DNA of 24,000 bases from Cellulosilyticaceae bacterium (lineage in GTDB: Bacteria; Bacillota; Clostridia; Lachnospirales; Cellulosilyticaceae): contig JBOFDK010000038.1 of the NCBI GenBank assembly GCA_051646925.1, positions 4,161-28,160 of the forward strand, read 5' to 3'. A program made the translations under genes and the position numbers. This document shows, piece after piece, positions 10,097-23,400 of this stretch (positions within the stretch are counted from its first letter, which is position 1; each line of letters starts with the position of its first letter). The notes under the pieces were generated by a model. It saw nothing but the letters and a program-made list of their open reading frames with translations, was not told the DNA's origin and did no database searches.

Positions 10097-10406
10097 TATA
10101 ATTGCTTATGGGGTAGGATGTTTTTTAACAGAAAACGTTATGGCATGGACTTTAGGTGTAGTGCTTGGCCTTATTATATCAATTTTAAAACTAAAACTTA
10201 TGGAGCAAACTTTTACAAAGGCAGTAACACTAGAAGAGAACAAAGCAAAAGGATATACGCAGCGTCAGTATATGATTAGATATGGGCTAACAGGCTTAGT
10301 GCTGTTAATTGCAGCATTGTCAGAAACGATTAGTTTAGTTGGCGTATTTGTAGGTCTTATATCTATGAAAGTAGGCGCGTATTCTGAGTTGTATCGTTCT
10401 AATTAA
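10071..10406 (+). CDS. atpI: ATP synthase subunit I (AtpI-like)
   Basis: Hydrophobic ~111-aa protein starting MITVMIGFSIIAYGVG, between atpZ and atpB, with four likely TM segments. ATG at 10071 is preferred over the tool start at 10011. Confidence 0.75.
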   Translation: MITVMIGFSIIAYGVGCFLTENVMAWTLGVVLGLIISILKLKLMEQTFTKAVTLEENKAKGYTQRQYMIRYGLTGLVLLIAALSETISLVGVFVGLISMKVGAYSELYRSN

Positions 10407-10468
10407 TTTGGCAATAAGGGGAAATCCCTTTTAGCATATATAAATTTTATAGAAAGGAGAGTGAGTAG

Positions 10469-11167
10469 GTGGAACAAGAATTAGATTTTGGGATCCATAT
10501 GCTTATACCACTTTTTGAGCACAATGGAGAATGGTATGGTTTTACGACAACGCATGTTGTCACGTGGGTTGTAATTCTAGCATTAACACTTATTGGTCTC
10601 TATGTAAGGCACCGCGTAAAAAACTTCAAAATAGTACCTGATACAAAATTTCAGGTTGCAGTAGAATATTTTGTTGGTATGATGAGTGACTTTACAGCAA
10701 GTACGATGGGTGAGAAAAATCGCCATTTTGCGTATTTCTATGGTCCTATGTTTTTATTCATTTTGTTAAGTAACTTAACAGGATTAATTGGACTAAGACC
10801 ACCTACGGCAGATATTGCAACTACGTTTGCATTATCACTTACTACATTTTTCATGATTCATGGATATGGTGTTCGTGCCAAAGGAGGCAAGTATTTCAAA
10901 GGTTTCTTGGAACCAATACCATTACTGTTACCACTAAATATTATTGGTGAGCTTGCAAATCCAATATCATTAAGTTTCCGTTTATTTGGAAATATTTTAG
11001 GTGGAACAATTATTATGGGCTTGTACTATAATATGATGCCATGGTTTATGAAAATTGGTATACCGTCAGTATTACATTCATACTTCGATATATTTGCAGG
11101 AGCACTACAAACGTTAATTTTTGTAATGCTTAGTATGACATTTGTGTCAAGTGCTATGGAAGAATAG
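10469..11167 (+). CDS. atpB: F-type ATP synthase subunit a
   Basis: 232 aa, GTG start with gaaaggaga upstream. GELANPISLSFRLFGNILGG contains the conserved Arg region of subunit a. Confidence 0.95.
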   Translation: MEQELDFGIHMLIPLFEHNGEWYGFTTTHVVTWVVILALTLIGLYVRHRVKNFKIVPDTKFQVAVEYFVGMMSDFTASTMGEKNRHFAYFYGPMFLFILLSNLTGLIGLRPPTADIATTFALSLTTFFMIHGYGVRAKGGKYFKGFLEPIPLLLPLNIIGELANPISLSFRLFGNILGGTIIMGLYYNMMPWFMKIGIPSVLHSYFDIFAGALQTLIFVMLSMTFVSSAMEE

Positions 11168-11172
11168 TTTAG

Positions 11173-11724
<552 letters not shown>

Positions 11725-11738
11725 GCTATAAGCTATAG

Positions 11739-12065
<327 letters not shown>

Positions 12066-12110
12066 TAAATGTGCTATACGATTGATATATAGGAAGGAGG
12101 GTGTTTACTG

Positions 12111-12632
12111 TTGGATACGTCTAAAATTATTGAATTCTCCCTACCAACGTTATGGGAAATGTTTTGGCAGTTTTTAGCATTGTTTTTAATTATCTGGATT
12201 TTGAAAAAGCTTTTATTCAAACCAGTTATGGATTTCTTAGAAAAAAGACAAGAGCATATTCAAAAAGAACTGTCAAATGCAGCTGTAGCATCAAAAAATG
12301 CTGAGGAACTAAAAAATTCTTACAAAGAAAAACTTGCGCATATTGAAGACGAAGCAGATAGTTTATTAAAAGAAGCTCGTCAAAAGGCGTTAAAGCGTGA
12401 AGAAGAGATTGTAGCAAATGCAAAGAAAGAAGCAGAAGCAATCAAAGAAAAAGCGATGCAAGATATTGCGCTTGAGCAAACACGTGTTAAAAGTGAGATA
12501 AAAGATCAGATGATTGATGTAGCAGGTCTTATGGCAAGTAAGTTTGTTGAATCAACTATAACAGAAGATAAGCAAGAACAATTAATAGATGATATGATTA
12601 AAGAGATGGGGGATGTATCGTGGCTCAATTAG
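12111..12632 (+). CDS. atpF: F-type ATP synthase subunit b
   Basis: 173 aa, TTG start after aggaaggaggg. One N-terminal TM then a long charged helix (VMDFLEKRQEHIQKEL...). Confidence 0.93.
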   Translation: MDTSKIIEFSLPTLWEMFWQFLALFLIIWILKKLLFKPVMDFLEKRQEHIQKELSNAAVASKNAEELKNSYKEKLAHIEDEADSLLKEARQKALKREEEIVANAKKEAEAIKEKAMQDIALEQTRVKSEIKDQMIDVAGLMASKFVESTITEDKQEQLIDDMIKEMGDVSWLN

Positions 12633-13165
12633 TAACCAAACGATATGCTACTGCCCTTTATGAAATTGCCAAAGAAAAAGGGGCAATTGAATCGTTTCAA
12701 CATCAAGCAGAAATGCTAGTTAAATTAATAGGTGAACAAGATGAGTATTTAATGCTGCTTAGTCACCCAGGTGTTTTGGTAGAAGAGAAGATGCGTCTTA
12801 TAGACGAAGCTTTTTCAAAACAAGTAGAAGATGAATTTGTAGGTCTTTTGGCACTTATTGTGAAAAAAGGACGTCAAGATTATATTCTAGATATTTTAAA
12901 TGCTTTTATCGATTTAGCGAAAACCGAGGCAGGGCTTGTTCAAGCAACTGTAACATCGGCAATCGCATTACAAGAAAAACAATTAGCGCAAATTAAAGCT
13001 AATATTGAACAAAATACAGGGAAACAAGTAGAACTTGAAGTAGTTGTAGATAAAACACTTATTGGTGGATTAATTGTTCGTGTTGGTGATAAAGTTGTTG
13101 ATGGAAGTGTTCGTGGTCAAATGAACACATTGAAATCAGAACTTAGTAATTTGCGACTTGCATAA
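12620..13165 (+). CDS. atpH: F-type ATP synthase subunit delta
   Basis: 181 aa, GTG start overlapping atpF by 13 nt. VTKRYATALYEIAKEKG and C-terminal DKTLIGGLIVRVGDKVVDGSVRGQMNTLK. Confidence 0.95.
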   Translation: MAQLVTKRYATALYEIAKEKGAIESFQHQAEMLVKLIGEQDEYLMLLSHPGVLVEEKMRLIDEAFSKQVEDEFVGLLALIVKKGRQDYILDILNAFIDLAKTEAGLVQATVTSAIALQEKQLAQIKANIEQNTGKQVELEVVVDKTLIGGLIVRVGDKVVDGSVRGQMNTLKSELSNLRLA

Positions 13166-13185
13166 AAAGGGGTGTAACAAGTTAA

Positions 13186-14694
<1,509 letters not shown>

Positions 14695-14723
14695 TGAATA
14701 TGTAAAATAGAAAGGGTGCGGCT

Positions 14724-17007
<2,284 letters not shown>

Positions 17008-17015
17008 GTGATGTG

Positions 17016-17417
17016 ATGGCAGATAAAAAAATCAACCTTCAAATAATCACACCAACCCGTCTTGTTTTGGATGAATTAGTAGATTCAGTTGTACTATGCA
17101 CAAAAGAAGGCGATATGGGTATTTTGTATGACCATGAGCCAGTTGTAACTTTGTTATCATATGGTATTTTAAGATATAAGCAAGATGGGCAACAAAAGAA
17201 AGCGACGATTATGGGTGGTTTTGCTGAAGTTACAGAAGATCGTGTAACAATTCTTGCAGATTCTTCTGAACTAGAAAATGAAATCGATCTTAATCGTGCA
17301 AAACAATGTAAAGTGCGTGCAGAAAGTAGACTGAAAAAATCAGACTATGATGAGGCACGTTTACAAATTGCACTACGTAAGTCACTTATTAGAATTAAAC
17401 TTGCAGAAGGCAATTAA
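17016..17417 (+). CDS. atpC: F-type ATP synthase subunit epsilon
   Basis: ~133 aa. LQIITPTRLVLDELVDSVVLCTKEGDMGILYDHEPVVTLL, GGFAEV..DRVTILAD. Start GTG 17013 or ATG 17016. Confidence 0.93.
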   Translation: MADKKINLQIITPTRLVLDELVDSVVLCTKEGDMGILYDHEPVVTLLSYGILRYKQDGQQKKATIMGGFAEVTEDRVTILADSSELENEIDLNRAKQCKVRAESRLKKSDYDEARLQIALRKSLIRIKLAEGN

Positions 17418-17428
17418 AAAATTATATA

Positions 17429-17472
17429 AAAAAAAGCTAGTTTTTGCATTATGCAAAAGCTAGCTTTTTTTT
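17429..17472 (+). terminator. Rho-independent terminator of the atp operon, possibly bidirectional
   Basis: aaaaaagctagtttttgcat / atgcaaaagctagctttttt near-perfect hairpin, A-rich on the left and T-rich on the right, between convergent genes. Confidence 0.88.
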
Positions 17473-17935
17473 ATATATTGTAATCAGATTCGTTAAATTC
17501 TAATATAGTTTTAGTATCTGTATCTCTTCCATCAGCGTCAAGCAGAAGGTCACGTTTAAAATGCTCTAGTATTTTATTAAGCAGAGGAAAATACGAAAAA
17601 GAGATAGGGGTAGTCCGGATTCTAAGTGAGAAAACCATTTTGTTAAGTCTAAGAATTTCCTTAATCTCAGATAATGTTTTAGAAACATCTTCTTGTAATA
17701 AACGTATCCTCTTACGTCTCATTAGAGCATCTGCATCCGATAATAAGGTTGATGCAAGTCTTATAGGGGGTTTCTTATAGTTAGAATTATCCAACACAGA
17801 TACTGAATCTCGTAGTGTTCTTAGTCTTTCGATTGTATTTTGTTGTAAATCTTCAGCTAGTAAAAGCTTTGATATAGCTATAGCTTCTCTTACCATGTTA
17901 ATAGATGATGCAGAATAATATTTGATATATACCAT
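17471..17935 (-). CDS. Small protein of unknown function, divergent member of the three-gene local family
   Basis: 154 aa, ggagg RBS before ATG 17935. C-terminal LLNKILEHFKRDLLLDADGRDTDTKTILEF resembles the next two proteins. Confidence 0.6.
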   Translation of the reverse strand: MVYIKYYSASSINMVREAIAISKLLLAEDLQQNTIERLRTLRDSVSVLDNSNYKKPPIRLASTLLSDADALMRRKRIRLLQEDVSKTLSEIKEILRLNKMVFSLRIRTTPISFSYFPLLNKILEHFKRDLLLDADGRDTDTKTILEFNESDYNI

Positions 17936-18032
17936 AATAGGCCTCCATAAAATTTGAGTAGTTATTTAAAATTAAAATATTTATTACTTATAATAAGCTT
18001 TATAAATTTATTTGAATTTTTAAAACACAGTA

Positions 18033-18071
18033 TATATATATGCAGGAAAAATAAATGTGAAAGTTGTACTA
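18033..18071 (-). promoter_or_regulatory. Candidate promoter/regulatory element upstream of the 17935 gene
   Basis: Minus-strand TAGTACAACTTTC - N15 - GCATATATATA. The same two blocks occur at 19094..19133. Confidence 0.4.
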
Positions 18072-18105
18072 TGGTTTTAAAAATATTATTTTTAAAGATT
18101 ATTAG

Positions 18106-18594
18106 TTAATCAAACGTTAAAAAAGTTCTCTCAGTTGAATTTCGTCCACGAATGTCAAGGAGAAGCTCTTTTCTTATATGATCTAGTATTTTAATAATCG
18201 TATCAAAATACTCATTAGACTCCTCTGGGTGTTCGTATACGAAGGATAACATAGTTTCAACATTATCTAGTGAGCGAAGGCAGTTAGATACTGAGTAACG
18301 AACTAGTTTTGTAGAACTGCAGAATAAACCACCGTATTTAAAACGATCATGGAGTGTGTCGAAATCTAACAACTGTCTAGGATCTAAAATATTGAGTATA
18401 GAATTTTTTGCGAAGTTAATCGCACGTTCCTTTTCAGGTGTATGATTAAAAAATTTTTGGCAATAATATTTGGAATCTGGAAACAGAGAATGATTTGTAA
18501 AGAAATGGTAATCTAATACGTATAGAATGGCGTTTATATCATCCGTAATTGGATTTGTATTATTTTGTGCATATCTAAAATATCGTTTAGACAT
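18106..18594 (-). CDS. Small protein of unknown function, local family member
   Basis: Start at ATG 18594 (MSKRYFRYAQNN...) with aggagg RBS, rather than the tool start at 18666. C-terminal IIKILDHIRKELLLDIRGRNSTERTFLTFD. Confidence 0.65.
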   Translation of the reverse strand: MSKRYFRYAQNNTNPITDDINAILYVLDYHFFTNHSLFPDSKYYCQKFFNHTPEKERAINFAKNSILNILDPRQLLDFDTLHDRFKYGGLFCSSTKLVRYSVSNCLRSLDNVETMLSFVYEHPEESNEYFDTIIKILDHIRKELLLDIRGRNSTERTFLTFD

Positions 18595-18611
18595 AATAAA
18601 CCTCCTAATTT
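18576..18611. repeat. 36-bp direct repeat, copy 1, covering RBS and start codon of the middle family gene
   Basis: taaaatatcgtttagacataataaacctcctaattt is identical to 19036..19071. Confidence 0.9.
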
Positions 18612-18658
18612 GAATAGTATTTGTAAAATTTAATAAAAAAATATTAATGTATTGTGTA

Positions 18659-19054
18659 TTAACCAAACGTTAAATTTGCAAAATTCTTATCGCCCGAATA
18701 TCGTCCTGTTATATCTTTATGAAGCGCCATTCTCATATGCTCCAGTAAGCAAATAATTTTATAAATGGTAAACTCACAATATAAATGGCGAGGTAACGAG
18801 TGTAGTCTAATCTGCATAGCAGCAACTTCTTTTTGTAAATCAAGGCATTTTTCAGCAAGGGGCTCTATTATAGAGCGACTATTAAAACTTTCCATATCTT
18901 CATTATCTAGATGCACGGTTATAGCTTCTAGTATGTCGAATATTCGGTCAAGATTTGGTGCTGGATCTTTGAAGCAGTGTAAATCTATTAAAGATAAAAT
19001 TTTAGTTATAAGAAAATGGTTATCAAAATTGTATTTAAAATATCGTTTAGACAT
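18659..19054 (-). CDS. Small protein of unknown function, local family member
   Basis: 131 aa, MSKRYFKYNFDNH..., aggagg RBS. C-terminal ICLLEHMRMALHKDITGRYSGDKNFANLTFG matches the neighbouring protein. Confidence 0.65.
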   Translation of the reverse strand: MSKRYFKYNFDNHFLITKILSLIDLHCFKDPAPNLDRIFDILEAITVHLDNEDMESFNSRSIIEPLAEKCLDLQKEVAAMQIRLHSLPRHLYCEFTIYKIICLLEHMRMALHKDITGRYSGDKNFANLTFG

Positions 19055-19071
19055 AATAAACCTCCTAATTT
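19036..19071. repeat. 36-bp direct repeat, copy 2, covering RBS and start codon of the third family gene
   Basis: Identical to 18576..18611. Confidence 0.9.
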
Positions 19072-19093
19072 AATTTGTATTTGTAATGCTTAA

Positions 19094-19133
19094 TATATAT
19101 ATGCTAAGAGGTATTGAATTGAAAGTTGTACTA
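19094..19133 (-). promoter_or_regulatory. Candidate promoter/regulatory element upstream of the 19054 gene
   Basis: Minus-strand TAGTACAACTTTC - N16 - GCATATATATA, matching the copy at 18033..18071. Confidence 0.4.
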
Positions 19134-19170
19134 AAACAATATTAATGTTTTTTTATAGATACTAATAAAT

Positions 19171-19210
19171 TTGAAGGTAGAGTATTAACAAGTTAATACT
19201 CTACCTTCAA
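19171..19210 (-). terminator. Perfect 18-bp inverted repeat, probable terminator of the downstream-reading minus-strand gene
   Basis: ttgaaggtagagtattaa-caag-ttaatactctaccttcaa, immediately 3' of the stop codon at 19212-19214. The T tract on the minus strand is weak. Confidence 0.5.
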
Positions 19211-19211
19211 A

Positions 19212-20351
19212 TTAATAATATTTATCATATAGTGCAAGTAAGAGATTCACAACTTCACCATAGTTTGCAGTACCAGATGCAACGCCGTTTGATTTTAGAT
19301 AAGTATCGTTAATTGCAGTAGCAACTTCTTGAATTTCACCCTGGTATTTGTCCCAAAATAAATTAATTGATTCTAGGTCACCAAAAACTTTAGGATTCAT
19401 ATCAGTATTAAGTTCTTTTAGTTTTGTAATATCAATACGCGCAAGTGCATTACTTGTATATGATATTGCTAAAATAAGTCCGGAGTATTGAAAGTCTAAA
19501 TCAGGATTAGACATACAAGCTATAAAAGAAATAAAATTACATTCATTTTCAAAAGCATAACCACGTTGATGTGCCATCTCATGGCAAGTTGTTGAAGGAA
19601 GTGTAAGTAGTGGTACGTTAATATTTATATTAGGTTCTCCTGTAAATGGAGAGTAGATACCTGTAATACCTGTGTATGACAATATTTTTGATGAAAGTAA
19701 TGGCTTTGCTTTTCCGTAAAATCCTTTGAGTGATGGAAACTCTTTGGATATAACTTCAAAGCCTTTTTCAGCGCGGTCAAAAATATCTTTGTAATCACCA
19801 TATGGAGTCATAAGACCATTAGGTGTTTCTGGAAGTTTAGAACGGATACTTGAAGCTTCATCTAAAAGGTGTGAGTATAGTTTGCCTAAATCTTCGGGGC
19901 TATAATTGCCAACTTCTAATCCGTATTGAGTGCTAAAAGGTGGGCGATTGTAGTTTAATCCCCAAAATGTAACGAAAATAAAAATGATAAGACAAGTTAG
20001 ACTAAACATTGTGAGTAAGTAATTAAAAAGTATTATGAATGATTGTTTCCATTTTGGAATAGCGCAAAGTATTTTATAAAATGTAAAAAGGGTAAATATT
20101 ATTAATGTGAATATACATATATATAATAATATTTCTACAACTGAAAAAGGAAAAATATTAAGTGAAATACTAGATAGTTGTATTAGATATTTATTAATAC
20201 CTAGAGAGTAAAATTTTTCCCATGTTTCTGGGTAGAATAAATAAAGTTTATTAAGCAAAATAGCAAGTGGCAAAAGTAGTATAAGTATCATTTTTAGTTT
20301 AATATGCGGAACAATAGATGATTTTTTATTTAAAATATTTAGTGGATGCAT
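19212..20351 (-). CDS. DUF3810-like membrane protein with HExxH motif
   Basis: 379 aa. N-terminal TM segments, LTLPSTTCHEMAHQRGYAFENECNFISFIAC, and NYNRPPFS. gtgagg RBS upstream of ATG 20351. Confidence 0.82.
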   Translation of the reverse strand: MHPLNILNKKSSIVPHIKLKMILILLLPLAILLNKLYLFYPETWEKFYSLGINKYLIQLSSISLNIFPFSVVEILLYICIFTLIIFTLFTFYKILCAIPKWKQSFIILFNYLLTMFSLTCLIIFIFVTFWGLNYNRPPFSTQYGLEVGNYSPEDLGKLYSHLLDEASSIRSKLPETPNGLMTPYGDYKDIFDRAEKGFEVISKEFPSLKGFYGKAKPLLSSKILSYTGITGIYSPFTGEPNININVPLLTLPSTTCHEMAHQRGYAFENECNFISFIACMSNPDLDFQYSGLILAISYTSNALARIDITKLKELNTDMNPKVFGDLESINLFWDKYQGEIQEVATAINDTYLKSNGVASGTANYGEVVNLLLALYDKYY

Positions 20352-20488
20352 TAAAGAAACCTCACTTTATAGTTTTTTAAAATTAAAGAATTAATAGATT
20401 TGTGTCGATAAGAAGTATAGCACTTTGTAATAAAAATAGATAGGTAAGGGCAAATAGAGTGAGCGAGAATTATTATGAAAGGGTTTTG

Positions 20489-23400
20489 ATGATGAGAAAA
20501 AAAATAGCATTAATTTTAGCAATTTTTATATGGAGTAGTATATTTTCGGGAATACAACTAGATGTTTATGCAATGTCTTCTAAAAAGTTAGGTTTAATAG
20601 AACTTAGTCTTAAAGGAGGAAATAATCAAGGTATAAGCACAAATCTTAGTCAAGAGAGGCTAGAGTTAGTAACGCCAGCAGAAAAAGATGAGGCGGCTTT
20701 TAGTTTTCCAATTATGAATGGAAGAGAAGTTAAAGTTGGAACGTACATATTAGAATATTATATACAAGGAAATGAAACATATCGTATAGAGGCTGAGTTT
20801 GAATTTAAATCAGATTATACAGCAGATGTTACTATCAAAATGTTTAAGGAAAATAGTGATAAACCAGAGCAAGTAAAGTTTGTAGAATATAAAGATTATT
20901 ATGGTGATATCAATGATGAAAGTAATGGATTTGAATTTAAAAAGACATTAAAGTTCAAATCAGGTTTAGATACTGAATATGAAAAAGGTCTAAAAGTTAG
21001 TATAGGTGGTTTTGCTCCGATTCAGATGTATGTAGATAGTGACAAAGGGGTATTAAATTTTTCAACAAAAAATATAAATGCAGGACTTATTACACCGTTT
21101 AAACTTATGTATTCGGGTGGTGTTGCAGCAACTGATGAACAAACGATAGATGTTTTTAAAGGACTTGATGATACAATTGTAAAACCAACGCATTTATTAT
21201 CTGAAGAGGAGTCAAAAAACATTTCGCCAGATAATTTAGATAGAACAATTGGATTGCCATCGCTTGAGCTTATAGATATAGAAGAAAATCGAATAGATGG
21301 AACGAATTTTAAATATGGTGAACCAGGAACTAGACCAGGGGTAGTTGTTCAAATTACAACACCTAAAAAAATCAAAGATGGTAAGTTTGTACTGCTTGAT
21401 GATGTAGACGGTAGTAGTGAACTAATTAATGTTAAATTGACATTAACTAATCCGTATGAGACAGGGCTACCTCTTACTGTGAAGTTTCCGTTAAAAAGTG
21501 GAGAGCCAGTCGTAGGTTTTGGCGTGCAAAATGGTGTTGTAGGTATACATGATGGAAAATATGAAGTGTATATTTCACAAGATAACTATACGGGTATTAC
21601 AGAAAAAGAAGCAATAGAGAAAAAGATTGCAAAAGAGTGTATATGGAAAGAGATTGCAAAAGCAGAGATTTATCATACAGAGTTAGAACTAGATGGTGAA
21701 GTATTAGCTAATACGAATACTTTATCTCGTAGTTATTCAACGGATTTAGGATATACATACGTTAAATACGGAGTGGAAAAAACGAGTGAAACATCTATTA
21801 CATTTAATATAGAGCCGTATAAAATTCAGCAAGAAGGAACAATTACTTATATTTTAACTAGAAATGGCAAAGAAATAGAGCGGCGTACATATTCACCTGG
21901 TGATAACGTTAGTATTACAACTAATTTAAAAGCAGTAGATGACGTGTATCAGATAGAAGTACTTAGAGCAAGTGATGGAAAGGAAGTATCGTACAAATCA
22001 CAAAAAATACGTGTTGATGCACAGATTTTTGGAGAGCTTACGCCTATTCAAACAAATGAAATCATTAGTATAGATAACATATGGGTTATTCCCAACAGAA
22101 ATATAAATGCTAATGAAGGGCAAGTAGCACCTGATTCAGTAATGTTTGATTTGCAGTGGAGAGCTCCTGCAAATTTAGTTAATACTATACTAAAATCGGA
22201 AAAAGATGCGATTTATTATGAATTAGAAATAAGTGATAAATTAGACGGAATATATAATTTAAATACGATTTTTAAAGTTGTTAAAGAAAACCAAAACAAT
22301 ATAGGTGTTTATTTATATGATAAAAATTATTCAGATGAAGCACCAAAAAAAGGATATTATGATGCAGCAACAAATACTTTTTCGTTTAAAGAAGTAGTTA
22401 TTAAACGTCCATCAAAAAATATTGAAAATGAAGCTGAAAAAGATAAATGGCAAAAAATAGAGATGCCAAAAGATTATGAGAATTTATATTCATATCCAGA
22501 TGCAAAAAATGATATTAGTTTTGAAGATAGTTTGGAATATACAGTACCAAATGTGTTTTATTTTAGAATGCGTAATTTTTATGTTAAAGATGGATATAAA
22601 GGAATGGCGAAAAGTGGATATTCGGTATCGAAACCAGTTACGTTAGATATTACGAATTTTTTAATTCCACCAGTTACGAACGTAAGGAAGCTAGATTTGA
22701 CAGACGAGGAAAGTAAATTATTTGGTAAATATAGCTGGAAAATAGGCTATGAAGGTATTAGCCTTGAAAAATATAAGAAATATTTATTAGAGCCATTAGG
22801 TATTGTACTAAATGAAAAAGATGAAGATGCATTGACACGTGTTTATAGCACGTATTTATACAATGCAACGAGTAATATTGAAGAAGTATTTAAAGAACTT
22901 AGTAAAGAAGATATGGAAGATGAAGAAATAGAACCGGTAAAACGTTTTGTATTAGCGAGTGAGTATGAAGAAAGTAAACATAGCACATACAATGGAATTA
23001 TTTATGACGGAAATAATTCTGAAGGTGCGTATGATTTAACAAAACGCATTAATGAAAAAACTAGTAAAACGTATCAAGACTATATTAGAGAAAATGGTGT
23101 TGTAAGGTTTGATACATATTCAGACATAGACAAGACAGATACATTTACTCCGCAAGAAACGATTTTATTTACAGGTCTTGAACCAAACACGCCATATGCA
23201 GTACAAATTCGTGTTCAAGTTGAAAGGTATAAAAAAGAAGATAGTAAGTGGGAAAGAATTAAACCAAATGTGTATTCTGTTTTTTCAAAAATATTAACGT
23301 ATACGACAACTACAGAGCCAATGCCACCAACGCCTGATGAGCAAAAGCCGATGCCACCAACAAATTTTTGGGAAGAGATAGAGGCAAAGGGCAAAACAAC

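Noticed and set aside
17936-18105. AT-rich intergenic region considered as an ncRNA or CRISPR-like repeat
   Set aside because: No spaced repeats or stable fold could be seen. Only the two-block upstream element is supported.
18765-19073. Plus-strand 102-aa ORF antisense to the third small family gene
   Set aside because: The minus-strand gene has an RBS and a clear paralogue with matching N- and C-termini, so the plus ORF is most likely shadow coding.
21022-21222. Minus-strand 66-aa ORF
   Set aside because: It lies opposite a continuous 3.5-kb plus-strand frame with a signal peptide. No independent support.
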